41,268 nt of DNA. Source: Mycobacterium sp. Its GTDB lineage: Bacteria; Actinomycetota; Actinomycetes; Mycobacteriales; Mycobacteriaceae. The notes beneath the pieces were generated by a model. That model saw only the letters and a list, made by a program, of their open reading frames with translations. It had not been told where the DNA came from and made no database searches. The DNA lies in contig NZ_JBATXN010000687.1 in the NCBI RefSeq assembly GCF_049673265.1, positions 1 through 41,268 on the forward strand, read 5' to 3'. How positions within the stretch are numbered: the stretch's first letter is position 1; each line of letters opens with the position of its first letter. Of this stretch, positions 9,049 to 18,800 are shown in pieces. The position numbers and the translations under genes are program-made.

Positions 9049-9879
9049 ATGACAGCCAAGTCAGTTGCTCTGGTCACGGGAGCGACGAGCGGTATCGGTG
9101 AGGCGACTGCTTACCTGCTGCATGCCCGGAACTATGTGGTGTTCGCGGTCGGCCGTAATCCGACTGCTCTGGAGAGCTTGCAGTCACGGGGCCTGCAGGC
9201 CCGCGCCCTCGACGTCACCGACGAGGCCGCGGTGACCCGACTTCTGGAAGAAATCCACACCGCCCACGGAGGCGTCGACGTTTTGGTCAATAGCGCCGGA
9301 TTCCCGCTTCCCTGCCCTCTCGAGCAAGTGACGTTGGACCAATTGCGAAACCTTTTGGAGACCAACGTGATAGCGACGCTAAACCTCTCACAGGCCGTGC
9401 TACCGAGCATGCGCGCTCGAGGAACGGGCACCATCGTCACCATCGGGAGTACAGGCGGGCGGTTCACCAGTCCGGGCGCGGGCGCCTACCACATCGCCAA
9501 GTACGGCGTCGAGGCGCTTTCGCTTGCTCTCCGGGCCGAAGTAGCGCAGTTCGGGGTCCGCGTTGTGCTGATCGATCCGACCGGGGTGCGTACCAGGTTT
9601 GTCCAATCCCAACTCGAAGCCACGCACTCGTACTCCGATGACGATCCGTACGGCGAGTTCAAACGCCGCTACGCCGACACCACGCGGGCCCTGACCAAGA
9701 TGCCGGGCATGATGGTCAGCGCCGACAGCGTCGCCCGCGCGGTGCTCCGGGCCATCGAGGCAAAAAACCCCAAGCCTCGCTACATCGTCGGCGCGTCGGG
9801 AAAGGCCTCTGTGCTTGCCCGAGCGCTACTGACCGACCGCATGTGGGATCGGGTCATGGGCAGGGGCTTGAGCGCGTAG
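9049..9879 (+). CDS. Classical short-chain dehydrogenase/reductase
   Basis: TGATSGIG, VNSAG, IGS, YHIAK and PKPRY. SD AAGGAG. Confidence 0.9.
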   Translation: MTAKSVALVTGATSGIGEATAYLLHARNYVVFAVGRNPTALESLQSRGLQARALDVTDEAAVTRLLEEIHTAHGGVDVLVNSAGFPLPCPLEQVTLDQLRNLLETNVIATLNLSQAVLPSMRARGTGTIVTIGSTGGRFTSPGAGAYHIAKYGVEALSLALRAEVAQFGVRVVLIDPTGVRTRFVQSQLEATHSYSDDDPYGEFKRRYADTTRALTKMPGMMVSADSVARAVLRAIEAKNPKPRYIVGASGKASVLARALLTDRMWDRVMGRGLSA

Positions 9880-9888
9880 CCCGTGAGC

Positions 9889-9919
9889 CACAGCGTGGTC
9901 GGACCCGCCGTGCGCTGTG
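9889..9919. terminator. Candidate bidirectional terminator hairpin between convergent genes
   Basis: CACAGCG (9889-9895) pairs with CGCTGTG (9913-9919), extendable with G-U pairs. Confidence 0.4.
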
Positions 9920-9937
9920 CCCACCGCGGGTTGCGGC

Positions 9938-11473
9938 TTAGAACAACGTCAGCAGGTCTGCCGGCAAAGTGCTCGCGAAGTTGGCAGGCAGGTCTGCGGC
10001 GAGGGACGCCATCATTGCGCTGAGGTCCGCTTGCAGTTGCGTCGTGAGGTCCGCCGTCAGCGTCGATAAGAGGTCCGAAACCGCGGACGTACTGAACATC
10101 GCCGTCAGCGCGCTCATGTCCGCCGACAACGTGGTGGGATCGACGCTGGCCGCCGTCGCCGCCGGGTAGGCGCCCGGGTCGTCCAGCGGTGGAACGGTGA
10201 AGCCGAGTTGCTCCCAGAACTGGTGGAATTCGGGTGCCAGCGTGGCAAGATCGAAGGTCCCCGGCGTGTTGTTGCCAACGTAGGGCGCGTCTTGGAAGTC
10301 CCAGAAGTTGTGGTTCTGCAGCAGCGCGATGGAGTTCAGGATCGTTGCTTCGGAGGGAACGTTGGCTCCGCCGTCGGGTGCACCCGCGCCGCCGGCGTAG
10401 TCGGCCAGCCACTCGTTGATCACCGGGTTGCCCGGCATCATGTTCCCGATTTCCTTGATCAGGTCCGGGTAGTCCATATGAGCGCTGGTGATCGAAGAGC
10501 ACGTGTCCGGGCAGAATGGGCTGCCCGGAGTGACCGGATCGAAGAACATCAAGCCCGCCAGGAAGGCCTGCATGGTCTGCGCGATCTCGGTCGGGTCGCC
10601 ATAGATCGGGTCGATACCGGTGCCGTCTAGGCCGGTAGTCGTGGGCGCCGCCATCAAGCTGTTAAAGAAGTTCTCGAATGGCACCCAGGGCTGGAAGGTG
10701 TAGGTGTCCCCGGACCATGGCATCGAGTTAGGGATGCCGTCAACGGTAGTGGTGCCCGGGATACCTTGGCCGCCAAGAAGACCAGTCGAGGATGACCAAC
10801 CGTCGAAGTTAAAAACCTGACCGCTGGCCACGCTGTTGGTTGGGTCAACGCTGCCGTCAGCATTGGGATTGAAATAGAACTCGCCGTTCGGGGTGTACTG
10901 GGCGTTGAACCAGTTGTCAAACAGCCCCATCTTCTCCTGCCCGGTCAGGATTTGGCCCAGCCATGCGTAGAAGTCGACCCCTTGCAACCCGGTGATGGGA
11001 CTTGAGGGCTCAAAGGGCAGACAGGACGCCTCGGCGCAGCCCGAATTCGTCGGGAGCTCGGACGCCACGAAGCCCCACAGCTGCTGGCCGAGGCCCCCGC
11101 TGAAGTCGGTTTCGGGCGCATTCATGCCGCTCAGCTCGGGGAACGGAATCAAGAAGTTTTCGACCGACATGAAGTGGGTCGGGTCGCCGGGGTCGACTCC
11201 CCAAAGGTTCGTTGGGCTGACGACGAACCACGGGCCGGCCATAAACAGGTTGTCGGTGAAGAATTGCGTTGCATGAAGCTCGTTGGCCGGAATATTGACC
11301 AGGTCGTAGAACAAGTTCAGCGGGATGTTGGCGATGGATGAGTCGACCAGACGCGTCGCCATGCTGACGACGGGGAGCTCCGAGACCCGCGGCACGATCG
11401 GAGTGACGGCAACAACGCTGGTCGCCGCGAGTGCGGCAGCGGCCATGGCGTATCGACGCGAAACAGCCTGCAT
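9938..11473 (-). CDS. Secreted/cell-envelope protein of unknown function (mycobacterial 'YAxAxxAL...VAVTP' signal family)
   Basis: 511 aa with N-terminus MQAVSRRYAMAAAALAATSVVAVTP, an acidic/aromatic body, two Cys pairs (CAEASC, CPDTC) and an amphipathic S/A/D/L tail ending in F. SD AGGGGG. Confidence 0.8.
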   Translation of the reverse strand: MQAVSRRYAMAAAALAATSVVAVTPIVPRVSELPVVSMATRLVDSSIANIPLNLFYDLVNIPANELHATQFFTDNLFMAGPWFVVSPTNLWGVDPGDPTHFMSVENFLIPFPELSGMNAPETDFSGGLGQQLWGFVASELPTNSGCAEASCLPFEPSSPITGLQGVDFYAWLGQILTGQEKMGLFDNWFNAQYTPNGEFYFNPNADGSVDPTNSVASGQVFNFDGWSSSTGLLGGQGIPGTTTVDGIPNSMPWSGDTYTFQPWVPFENFFNSLMAAPTTTGLDGTGIDPIYGDPTEIAQTMQAFLAGLMFFDPVTPGSPFCPDTCSSITSAHMDYPDLIKEIGNMMPGNPVINEWLADYAGGAGAPDGGANVPSEATILNSIALLQNHNFWDFQDAPYVGNNTPGTFDLATLAPEFHQFWEQLGFTVPPLDDPGAYPAATAASVDPTTLSADMSALTAMFSTSAVSDLLSTLTADLTTQLQADLSAMMASLAADLPANFASTLPADLLTLF

Positions 11474-11517
11474 GACGCCCCCTACATCTGTTCGATTGAT
11501 CCGTGAACGCTGAACTT

Positions 11518-11535
11518 ACACTAAGAGAATCTAAG
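11518..11535 (-). promoter_or_regulatory. Candidate -10 (TAGTGT) with an overlapping CTTAG direct repeat for the secreted-protein gene
   Basis: The minus strand reads CTTAG-attct-CTTAGTGT in an AT-rich intergenic region. Confidence 0.4.
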
Positions 11536-11571
11536 TCCGGACAAAAACTGAAGGAAATCGCTAAAACGCAT

Positions 11572-11587
11572 CGTGATCAGGCTCACA
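11572..11587. promoter_or_regulatory. CRP (Rv3676/GlxR-type) binding site
   Basis: CGTGA-tcaggc-TCACA, a full match to YGTGA-N6-TCACR, centred ~68 nt upstream of the inferred start site. Confidence 0.6.
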
Positions 11588-11620
11588 TAATATTTACGTG
11601 CTGTGCAATAAGTGATCGAA

Positions 11621-11638
11621 TGTCCAACTTATTGGACA
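11621..11638. other. Inverted repeat right after the nitroreductase stop (weak terminator or operator)
   Basis: TGTCCAA-ctta-TTGGACA. Confidence 0.4.
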
Positions 11639-11640
11639 AA

Positions 11641-12399
11641 TCATCTGGCTGATGCCGAGCCAGGATCGAACCAGGGGCGGTTGCCATAGACGTCGAGATG
11701 CGTCACCTGCTCAACCGGCTTGCGGCTGGTCGGGCCGTACCGACCGCGCGGCCAGCCGAGCGCTACCACGCAACACGGCTTCACCGAGCGTGGCAGGCCG
11801 AGAATTCTGCGTGCCCGCGCCGGCCGCCACAGCGGCAAGGTGATCAGCGACGCACCCAGCCCCATGGCCCGAGCGGCCAGTAACAAATTCTGCACGCTCG
11901 GATAGATCGATCCCCAGTATCCCGACACCGCGGCATGGGGCATGACCGAAAACGGCACCCGCCCTTCGCGAACGGTGAGCCGCAGGCAGGCCACCACCAA
12001 GACCGGGACCTCGGTGAAGTGGTCGACCTGCCATTGGGCTGCGCGGATGACCTTCGCTACCGACTCGTCGCGGTCGCCGGCACCCTTGAGCAACCCGCCG
12101 TAGGAGTACTTCCAGCCGTCGCGGTAGCGGCGCGCGAGCTTATCCATCACGCGACGGTCCTTGACGACAATGAATTCCCAATTTTGTCCATTGGCACCCG
12201 TCGGTGCGCGTAGCGCCAATTCGATGCACTTCAACACCACCGCGTCATCCACCGGGTCGGGATGAACGCGTCGCACGGCCCGCTGGGTCATCATCGCGTC
12301 AAGCATTGGCATGTTCAGGCCGGCGAGCGCCTCGGCGGTGGCTGGCGCTACCCGAAATGCATCGGAGTATGGAGAGCTGGAGCTCGGCGTGTCAGTCAT
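11641..12399 (-). CDS. Nitroreductase-family FMN-dependent oxidoreductase
   Basis: TQRAVRR, ALRAPTGANGQNWEFIVV, SIYPSVQNLLLAARAMGLG and ALGWP. Confidence 0.9.
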   Translation of the reverse strand: MTDTPSSSSPYSDAFRVAPATAEALAGLNMPMLDAMMTQRAVRRVHPDPVDDAVVLKCIELALRAPTGANGQNWEFIVVKDRRVMDKLARRYRDGWKYSYGGLLKGAGDRDESVAKVIRAAQWQVDHFTEVPVLVVACLRLTVREGRVPFSVMPHAAVSGYWGSIYPSVQNLLLAARAMGLGASLITLPLWRPARARRILGLPRSVKPCCVVALGWPRGRYGPTSRKPVEQVTHLDVYGNRPWFDPGSASAR

Positions 12400-12436
12400 G
12401 TCTGTCGTTTACTCCGTCACAAAATTCGAACTGCTT

Positions 12437-12937
12437 TCAGGCGTGCTCCGTTACCCACTTCGCGGTGAAATTTTGAATATTCGGAATCCCTTGGGAGAAC
12501 TCCCGCACGATAAAGCTCTCGACTGTTCCGCCAACCAGCGGAACTTTAAATTCCACGGTCCCAGTAAAGGTCATCAGTGAGCCGCTCTGGGTGGGCGCGA
12601 CCGCCGCGGCGCCAGAACCGGATCCCGGCGCCCCGAGCACCGCGACACTGATCTCCCCGCGAAGTTGACTGTCGACCGGTCGCCACATCTCGGTGTGCCG
12701 CACTTTCAGGTCGCGGCGATAGAACTTGGACACGATCCCGGGCAACAGGTCGCGGCCCAGATCCTGGGTGGTGACCACCCGAACGCTCTGGTCATCATCG
12801 ACGTTTAAAGATTCCAGCGCGGTGGTGCCGTTAAGGGTCGCAAGCCGGGCCAGCCAATAGTCCTCGTCGCTAAACGCCGAATGAACCTGTTCGACAGTTG
12901 CTGGCGACTCGGCCGACAGATCGAACGAACGCGGCAT
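12437..12937 (-). CDS. DUF2505 (SRPBCC/START-like) protein
   Basis: MPRSFDLSA..ATVEQVHSAFSDEDYWLARL and VEFKVPLVGG, the typical actinobacterial DUF2505 pattern. SD AAGGAG. Confidence 0.85.
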   Translation of the reverse strand: MPRSFDLSAESPATVEQVHSAFSDEDYWLARLATLNGTTALESLNVDDDQSVRVVTTQDLGRDLLPGIVSKFYRRDLKVRHTEMWRPVDSQLRGEISVAVLGAPGSGSGAAAVAPTQSGSLMTFTGTVEFKVPLVGGTVESFIVREFSQGIPNIQNFTAKWVTEHA

Positions 12938-12955
12938 AGTAAACCGAACTCCTTA

Positions 12956-13639
12956 TCACTTAGCGAACAACCCGTCCGCCAGGCGGGCCGCGAAAGTCCG
13001 CGTCTGTTCCAACTGCTCGGGTTGCACATTGGTAGGCGGGATGCGAAGACCCAGGTATTTCTGGCGGTACTCACCTGAACCCAGGTAGCTGGTCAGCGAC
13101 AGCATGGAGCGAAGCGAGTCGCCCGGATAGGTGAAATGAATTTCGTCGACGTACCGGCCGCCCTGCTGCCCAGCGAGCTCACGTACCGCTTCGAGATTTT
13201 CCCGCCAGTACTGGCGGCACACCACGAAAACGGCGAACGGCTTACCGGACAACAGCTTTCGCGCCTCATCCGATTTGAGGAAGGAGCGCATCGGCATGCT
13301 GACGGTCTGCCACCAGGTCGGCGAGCCGATGCAGATCAGGTCGTAGTCGGCGTTTCGCGCCTCGTCGGGAATTTTGATCTCACCTGTCTCACCGCGTTTC
13401 TGCGCCCCCAGCACACTCATCATGTCGGGCCACACCCGCCGCATCGGGAAGCGAGAGAACTTCTCCGCGTACCGCGGGTCGGTGAACTCGATCGCGGCCT
13501 CGTGCACCTCGCACCCGCGGGCACGCAAAACCTCCCCCGCCGCTTCGAGCACCTTTTGCGACTGCCCCGTGTAGGAGTAATAGAGCAGCAAAACCCGCGG
13601 TGGCCGTTCGCCGCCCCCGGCGCCGGTCGTATCCGTCAT
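12956..13639 (-). CDS. Flavodoxin-fold protein, DarA (dialkylresorcinol aromatase)-like
   Basis: FMN phosphate loop YYSYTGQ, then YDLICIGSPTWW..SMPMRSFLKS.EARKLLSGKP....VCRQYW, which parallels the DarA pattern YDLVILxYxVWxLSPSxPxxxFL.S..A..LL.GKPV.T.IxCRNMW as recalled. Confidence 0.75.
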   Translation of the reverse strand: MTDTTGAGGGERPPRVLLLYYSYTGQSQKVLEAAGEVLRARGCEVHEAAIEFTDPRYAEKFSRFPMRRVWPDMMSVLGAQKRGETGEIKIPDEARNADYDLICIGSPTWWQTVSMPMRSFLKSDEARKLLSGKPFAVFVVCRQYWRENLEAVRELAGQQGGRYVDEIHFTYPGDSLRSMLSLTSYLGSGEYRQKYLGLRIPPTNVQPEQLEQTRTFAARLADGLFAK

Positions 13640-13667
13640 GCCACCTCCATCGTCAAATCTCGCACAG

Positions 13668-13673
13668 TAGTCT
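13668..13673 (+). promoter_or_regulatory. SigA-type -10 (TAGTCT) for a leaderless O-methyltransferase mRNA
   Basis: TANNNT lies 7 nt before GTG 13681, within a 41-bp divergent gap. Confidence 0.5.
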
Positions 13674-13680
13674 CTGCGTG

Positions 13681-14511
13681 GTGACCGACAAAGTTTCCGT
13701 CGACCTCAGCGGTCCAGCGCAGACTATGCTGACCACGCTGTACTGCAAGGCATTGGATGCCGATTGGGATCAACCGATCTTGGGCGACGGGTTCGCCAAA
13801 GATGCTGTGGCCCGAATCGACTACGACTGGGGCGAACTCAAGGTCACCGACCGCTGGACACCGCTGGTGACGGTGCGAACCGCCCAGTTCGACATCTGGG
13901 CCGCCCAGTTCCTGGCCGCTCATCCGCAAGCGACCGTGATCCACTTGGGCTGCGGCCTGGACAGCCGGGTTTTCCGGCTTGATCCCGGGCCCGGCGTGGA
14001 ATGGTACGACGTCGACTACCCGGCGGTAATCTCGCTGCGCGAGAAAGTCTTTCCGAGCCGACCGCGATACCACCTGGTGGCCACTGCGGCCACCGATCCG
14101 TCCTGGCTCGACCAAATCCCGGCTGGCCGCCCGACACTGCTGTTGGCCGAGGGCATCAGCATGTACCTGACAGAGGACGATGGCGTCGCCTTGCTGCAAC
14201 ACGTCGTCGACCGGTTCGGATCGGGCGAATTGCAGATCGACTTTTACAACTGGGTGATAGTCCGGTCGCAGAAAACGCACCGGCTGCAGCGGCAATCCGG
14301 TTCGACGCTGCACTGGGCCGTCAATCGTCCGGCCGACATCACCACCCGAGTATCCGGAGTTCGATTGCTGTCCGCCGTGACATTCTTCGACGCCAACACA
14401 TTCGGCCGGGCGTCGGGCGTCTTCCGGCTGATGAGGCAGTTGGTCCGCGCCTTTCCGCCGCTGCGCCGAACGTTCCAGTACCACCGTTACGCCTTCGGGC
14501 CAGTTAGCTAA
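13681..14511 (+). CDS. SAM-dependent O-methyltransferase, LCM/TcmP-like (COG3315, polyketide-associated)
   Basis: [36 protein letters not shown] and AEGISMYL. The ORF-track start 13600 overlaps the divergent gene, so GTG 13681 is preferred. Confidence 0.88.
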   Translation: MTDKVSVDLSGPAQTMLTTLYCKALDADWDQPILGDGFAKDAVARIDYDWGELKVTDRWTPLVTVRTAQFDIWAAQFLAAHPQATVIHLGCGLDSRVFRLDPGPGVEWYDVDYPAVISLREKVFPSRPRYHLVATAATDPSWLDQIPAGRPTLLLAEGISMYLTEDDGVALLQHVVDRFGSGELQIDFYNWVIVRSQKTHRLQRQSGSTLHWAVNRPADITTRVSGVRLLSAVTFFDANTFGRASGVFRLMRQLVRAFPPLRRTFQYHRYAFGPVS

Positions 14512-15757
14512 CACTCATGTGCTGCTCGGCCACAGTGCAGAGCAGCGAATGAATTGCCTCGATCGACTTTTCCGGCTCTGGCCCATGCGAGTGGTATTCG
14601 ACGTTGAGCTGATCGGCGTAGATCTGGGTGAAGTAGATCTCGATTCCGGCACTCACGGCGAAGTACAGCTCGCCGTGCGTGGCTGTGACTTCCACCCCCG
14701 GAGGCGTACGGACGGGGGGCACCAGACCGTTGTCGGACAACAACACCACATCGGGCATCCCCGGTGCGTTGCCAACATATTGCGGGCTGAAGTGCAGCCG
14801 GGACTGCTGGATAACACCTTCCTCCAGGTCTGCGCGAAAGGTCTGGGCGATATCGCGGGCTAGGTCGATCACCGCTGTCTTGTGGTTGATCTCGGCCAGA
14901 TATGTTCCCAACCCCACGGGGTTCGTGCATCCGGTCGCCGACACCGGCGGCGAAAGGAAATACCGCAGATCGACCGTGTAAATAAACGGCACCGGGATGT
15001 TCAGCTTGCCGCGAACCTGCCACTCCGCGACCAGGATCGCGGCGGAGAGCACGGAGTGCAGACCTATCTTTTCGGCGCGGCAGAGCTCGACGATGGCATG
15101 TGTCTGGCTCTCACTCAGCCGACACGACACCATCGGAACACGTACCGGCGACGTTGGTTTGACTCCGGTGTCGGCTCGCCGGGACGGCGGAAGATCGTAG
15201 GCGAACAACGCCGGCATGAACCGCTCGATACCCGAGCGCGGGCCTTTTTGGATACCCCGGTCGGCGAGCACGGTCTCGATCGATTCCGGCGCGGGCTGGG
15301 CGGCCACCGGGCCGGTGCGTCCATTGGTGACCAGATCGGTGTAGAAGGACAGCAACTCCTCGATGAGGCCGTACATGTGGTGACCGTCGGCGAGGGCGTG
15401 ATGAACGTACAACGTGGGGTGCGCTTGTCCGTCCCGGATGAAGAGCCGCAGGTGCACCAGCGACTCGGCCTGGTCGAAATGTGGTGGGGGGGCTTGCACG
15501 CCCGGCCCCTCGACCTCCACCACTTCGAGTCCCGAGTGCAGAAGGTCATCGGTGACGAGTTCGTGACGGCCATCGGCGCCACGCTCCAGGCGCGCGGTGA
15601 GGACCGGGTGCGCCTCGAGCAAAAGATCGAAGGCGTCCGACAACGCGTCGGTATCGATCGGGCCCTCCAGGTGTGCGGCAAGGCCCACGAAATTGTGTGT
15701 CTCGGCGAGCATCTCCTCGCTGAGCGCCAGCTTCCGAATGACCGACGATGGAAACAC
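14504..15757 (-). CDS. papA5: Polyketide-associated acyltransferase PapA5 (phthiocerol diester synthase family)
   Basis: N-terminus [28 protein letters not shown], catalytic HHALADG and GVIQQS.LHF. Confidence 0.9.
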   Translation of the reverse strand: MFPSSVIRKLALSEEMLAETHNFVGLAAHLEGPIDTDALSDAFDLLLEAHPVLTARLERGADGRHELVTDDLLHSGLEVVEVEGPGVQAPPPHFDQAESLVHLRLFIRDGQAHPTLYVHHALADGHHMYGLIEELLSFYTDLVTNGRTGPVAAQPAPESIETVLADRGIQKGPRSGIERFMPALFAYDLPPSRRADTGVKPTSPVRVPMVSCRLSESQTHAIVELCRAEKIGLHSVLSAAILVAEWQVRGKLNIPVPFIYTVDLRYFLSPPVSATGCTNPVGLGTYLAEINHKTAVIDLARDIAQTFRADLEEGVIQQSRLHFSPQYVGNAPGMPDVVLLSDNGLVPPVRTPPGVEVTATHGELYFAVSAGIEIYFTQIYADQLNVEYHSHGPEPEKSIEAIHSLLCTVAEQHMSVS

Positions 15758-15804
15758 TTTCAGACTCCCTGGCGGCTGGTATCGGTGTTGTGCATCCGCC
15801 TTGG

Positions 15805-18800
15805 CTATCCCGGCGTATCGATCGACGACAAATCCACCAGGGCCATTTCATCGCCCTCAGCGTCCAATTCGTCCTCGGCGAGCGCCTCTCGGGTCAGCTC
15901 CATCAACGCTTTGGCGAAGCCGTCCGCAAGCGATTGCGCAGTGGACGATTCGACCCTGCGGCTGTCATGCCACCAATCCAGGTTCAGCACACCGGCGCCG
16001 CGATACACCCGAAATTCGATCGCGTGCCCGAGGCCGGGAATTGTGTCTCGCACCGGCATCGCGATGTCGGGGTCGAATTGGACAGGCGCGGCTTCGGACG
16101 GCAACGACGGCAGGTCAGGAATCGTGCCGACATAGGAAAAGTAGATGTCGGCTGGGCGCGCCGCACCCAATAACCGCGCGGTCGGTGCGTACAGGTAACG
16201 CAGCAGCCCGTAGCCGATTCCATAGTGCGGCACGGCATTCAGCCTGCTGTGCACGTCGTCGAGCAATTGCTTTGCGCTGGTTCCATCGCCCTTTGCGCAG
16301 TCGAGAGCAACCGGGTAGACGGTGGTGAACCAGCCAACCGTCCGGCGCAGGTCGACATCCGGTTTCAGCACTGACCGGCCCGGTCCGCCGATGTCGACGG
16401 CGACCGACCCGTCGCCGACCGCGGCCGCGATCGTGCGGGTCAGCGCGGCGAGCAGGATCTGTTCGATCGGCACCCGCAGCCGGCGGCGCGCGTCATCGAT
16501 CTCGGTAGTTTCGGCGACTGTCAGCGCCGAGTGCAACCGCACCAGATCGGCTACGCCCGGGCCTTCGGTGATATCCCGGTTGGCCACCGGCAGGCTAGAT
16601 GCCGTCGCAGTCTCCAACCAGAAGTCGCGGCTCTCAACGACTGCCGGATGGATGGCCAGCCCGGCGCAACGCTGAGACCACTCGGTCCACGGCGTGCTGA
16701 CCGGTTCGAGCGCAATCTCGTCGCCTGCCAACCGCTGGCCGAACGCGGTGAAGATGTCGGCAAGCAGAGTTTCACGCGACGTGATGTCTGCGGCGATCGC
16801 GTGCACGCTGATAGCCAGGTAGCACGAACCCCCCTGAACGCCACGGACATACGTGGCGGTCAGCGGAGGGCTGATGAGGTCCTGTTCGCGGATCTGCTCG
16901 TTCAGTATGCCCAGCAGCGCTTCTCGCTCCTGTGCGCTTGCCGGCGAGACGTCGTCGGGAAGCGACCTGGTGGCCAGTTCGGCGAGTTCTTGTGGTTCGC
17001 TGACAACCTGCTCCCACGTGCCCGCGCGTTCCACGATTTGCAGCCGCAGCGCATCGTGGTGGTTGGTCACGGCCGTGAGCACTGAGCGGACGTCGTCAAC
17101 TGACACGTCGGGCCGCAGCTGCAACAGCAGGGGCACGCGCCACTGTCCGCGTTCTTTCACTCCGCGCTCGAGGAAGTAGGAGATGTTCGGCGGGACAGGC
17201 GGATGCGTGACGTCACTAAGCGATTGACGCGCCAACCCGCCGGCGGCGTATCGGGCAGTCAGCGCTTTGGCGAGCGCGGCGATGGTTTGGTTTTCGTAGA
17301 GGTCTTGGGGCGTGAGGTCCAGCCCTTCATTGCCGGCGGTCATCGCCACGCTGATCGCGACCAGTGAGTCGCCACCGAGTTCGAAGAAGTTGGCCTTGCG
17401 ATCGACCGAACCGATACCGAGGCACTGCCCCCAAATACGTTGCAAGGTCGCTTCCATCGGCGATTTGCCGTTGCTGGCCGCGCCGGCGGCGTCGGCTGCC
17501 GCGGTCCCGGCCGGCGTCGCTGCTCCATTGACCGCAGCCGTGTCGGCCACCCACCCGCCGTGCGGCCGGTGATCCACCCAATGCCGTTGGCGTTCAAACG
17601 GATAGCCGGCAATCGTCAGCAGCCGTGGCTGCTGACCGCCACGCAGTGGCGTCCAGTCGACCTCGACTCCCGAGGACCAAAGCTGCCCGAGCGCCAGCAG
17701 AAACGCGTCCCGGTCGTCACGGTTCTGGGCGTGATGGCGCATCAACCGAATGGCGTGGTGGCCTGTTGACCACTTAGGGTGCCGCATCGCCGAAGCGGTC
17801 AAGGTGCCGCCCGGGCCAACCTCAACCACGATCCGATCAGGATCGGTAAGCAACACGTCGATTTCGTCGGAGAAGCGGACCGTCGACCGGACCTGACGTG
17901 CCCACGTCGCGGCATTGGTGGCTTCGCTGGGGGCCAGCCAGGTGCCGGTGACGTTGGACAGCAACGGAATTTGCGGCTCGTGCAGGGTCAGTCGAGACAA
18001 AAAGCCGGTGAACTCCGGAATCATCGAATCCATCAACCGTGAGTGGAACGCATGCGATGTGCGGACCCGACGCGCGACGATCCCCTTTTCGGTGAGGCGT
18101 TCGCTGAACTTACGAATGTTCTCCTCAGATCCCGCAACCACGCAGCCGCCTGGCTCATTGATCGCCGCGACGTCGACATCGCCGGACAGGTGCTCGGCGA
18201 TGGCATCGGGGCTCAGCGCTACCGCGACCATGACCCCGCGAGGCGCGGCGTGCATCAGGCGAGCCCGCATCGATACCACTTTGATGGCCGTGGCAATGTC
18301 GAAGACGCCCGCGATGGTGCCCGCGACATACTCGCCAATGCTGTGCCCTGCCAACGCTGCCGGGCGAATACCGTAGGTTTCGATCAGCTTTGCCAGCGCA
18401 TACTCGACGGTGAACAGTGCGGGTTGGGTGCGGTCGGTGCGCTCCAAATTGCGGGCGGTCCCGTCGAAGATCTCCGCGCGCAGGTCAACGCCGAGTTCCT
18501 CGCCGAACCCCGCGGCGCACTGGTCGAAGTGCTCGGCAAAAACCGGCTCAGACTCGTAGAGTCCGCGTGCCATCCCGATGTGCTGAGCGCCTTGACCCGG
18601 AAACAGGAATACGACGCGATCGGAAACATCGGCCTTTGGCGCGGATTCGCCGATGAATATGTTGTCGTGCTCGGCAGCCTCCAACACCGCCGTCGCGTCC
18701 TGCTGGTCTTTGACGACCGCCGCGATACGAATGTTCTCTTTGCGGCGACGGGTAAGTGTGTACGCCACATCGGAGAGACTGACGTCGTCACCGGACAACT

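Noticed and set aside
9938..11473. PE-PGRS or porin annotation for the 511-aa secreted protein
   Set aside because: No PE motif or GGAGG repeats, and no evidence for a beta-barrel from sequence alone.
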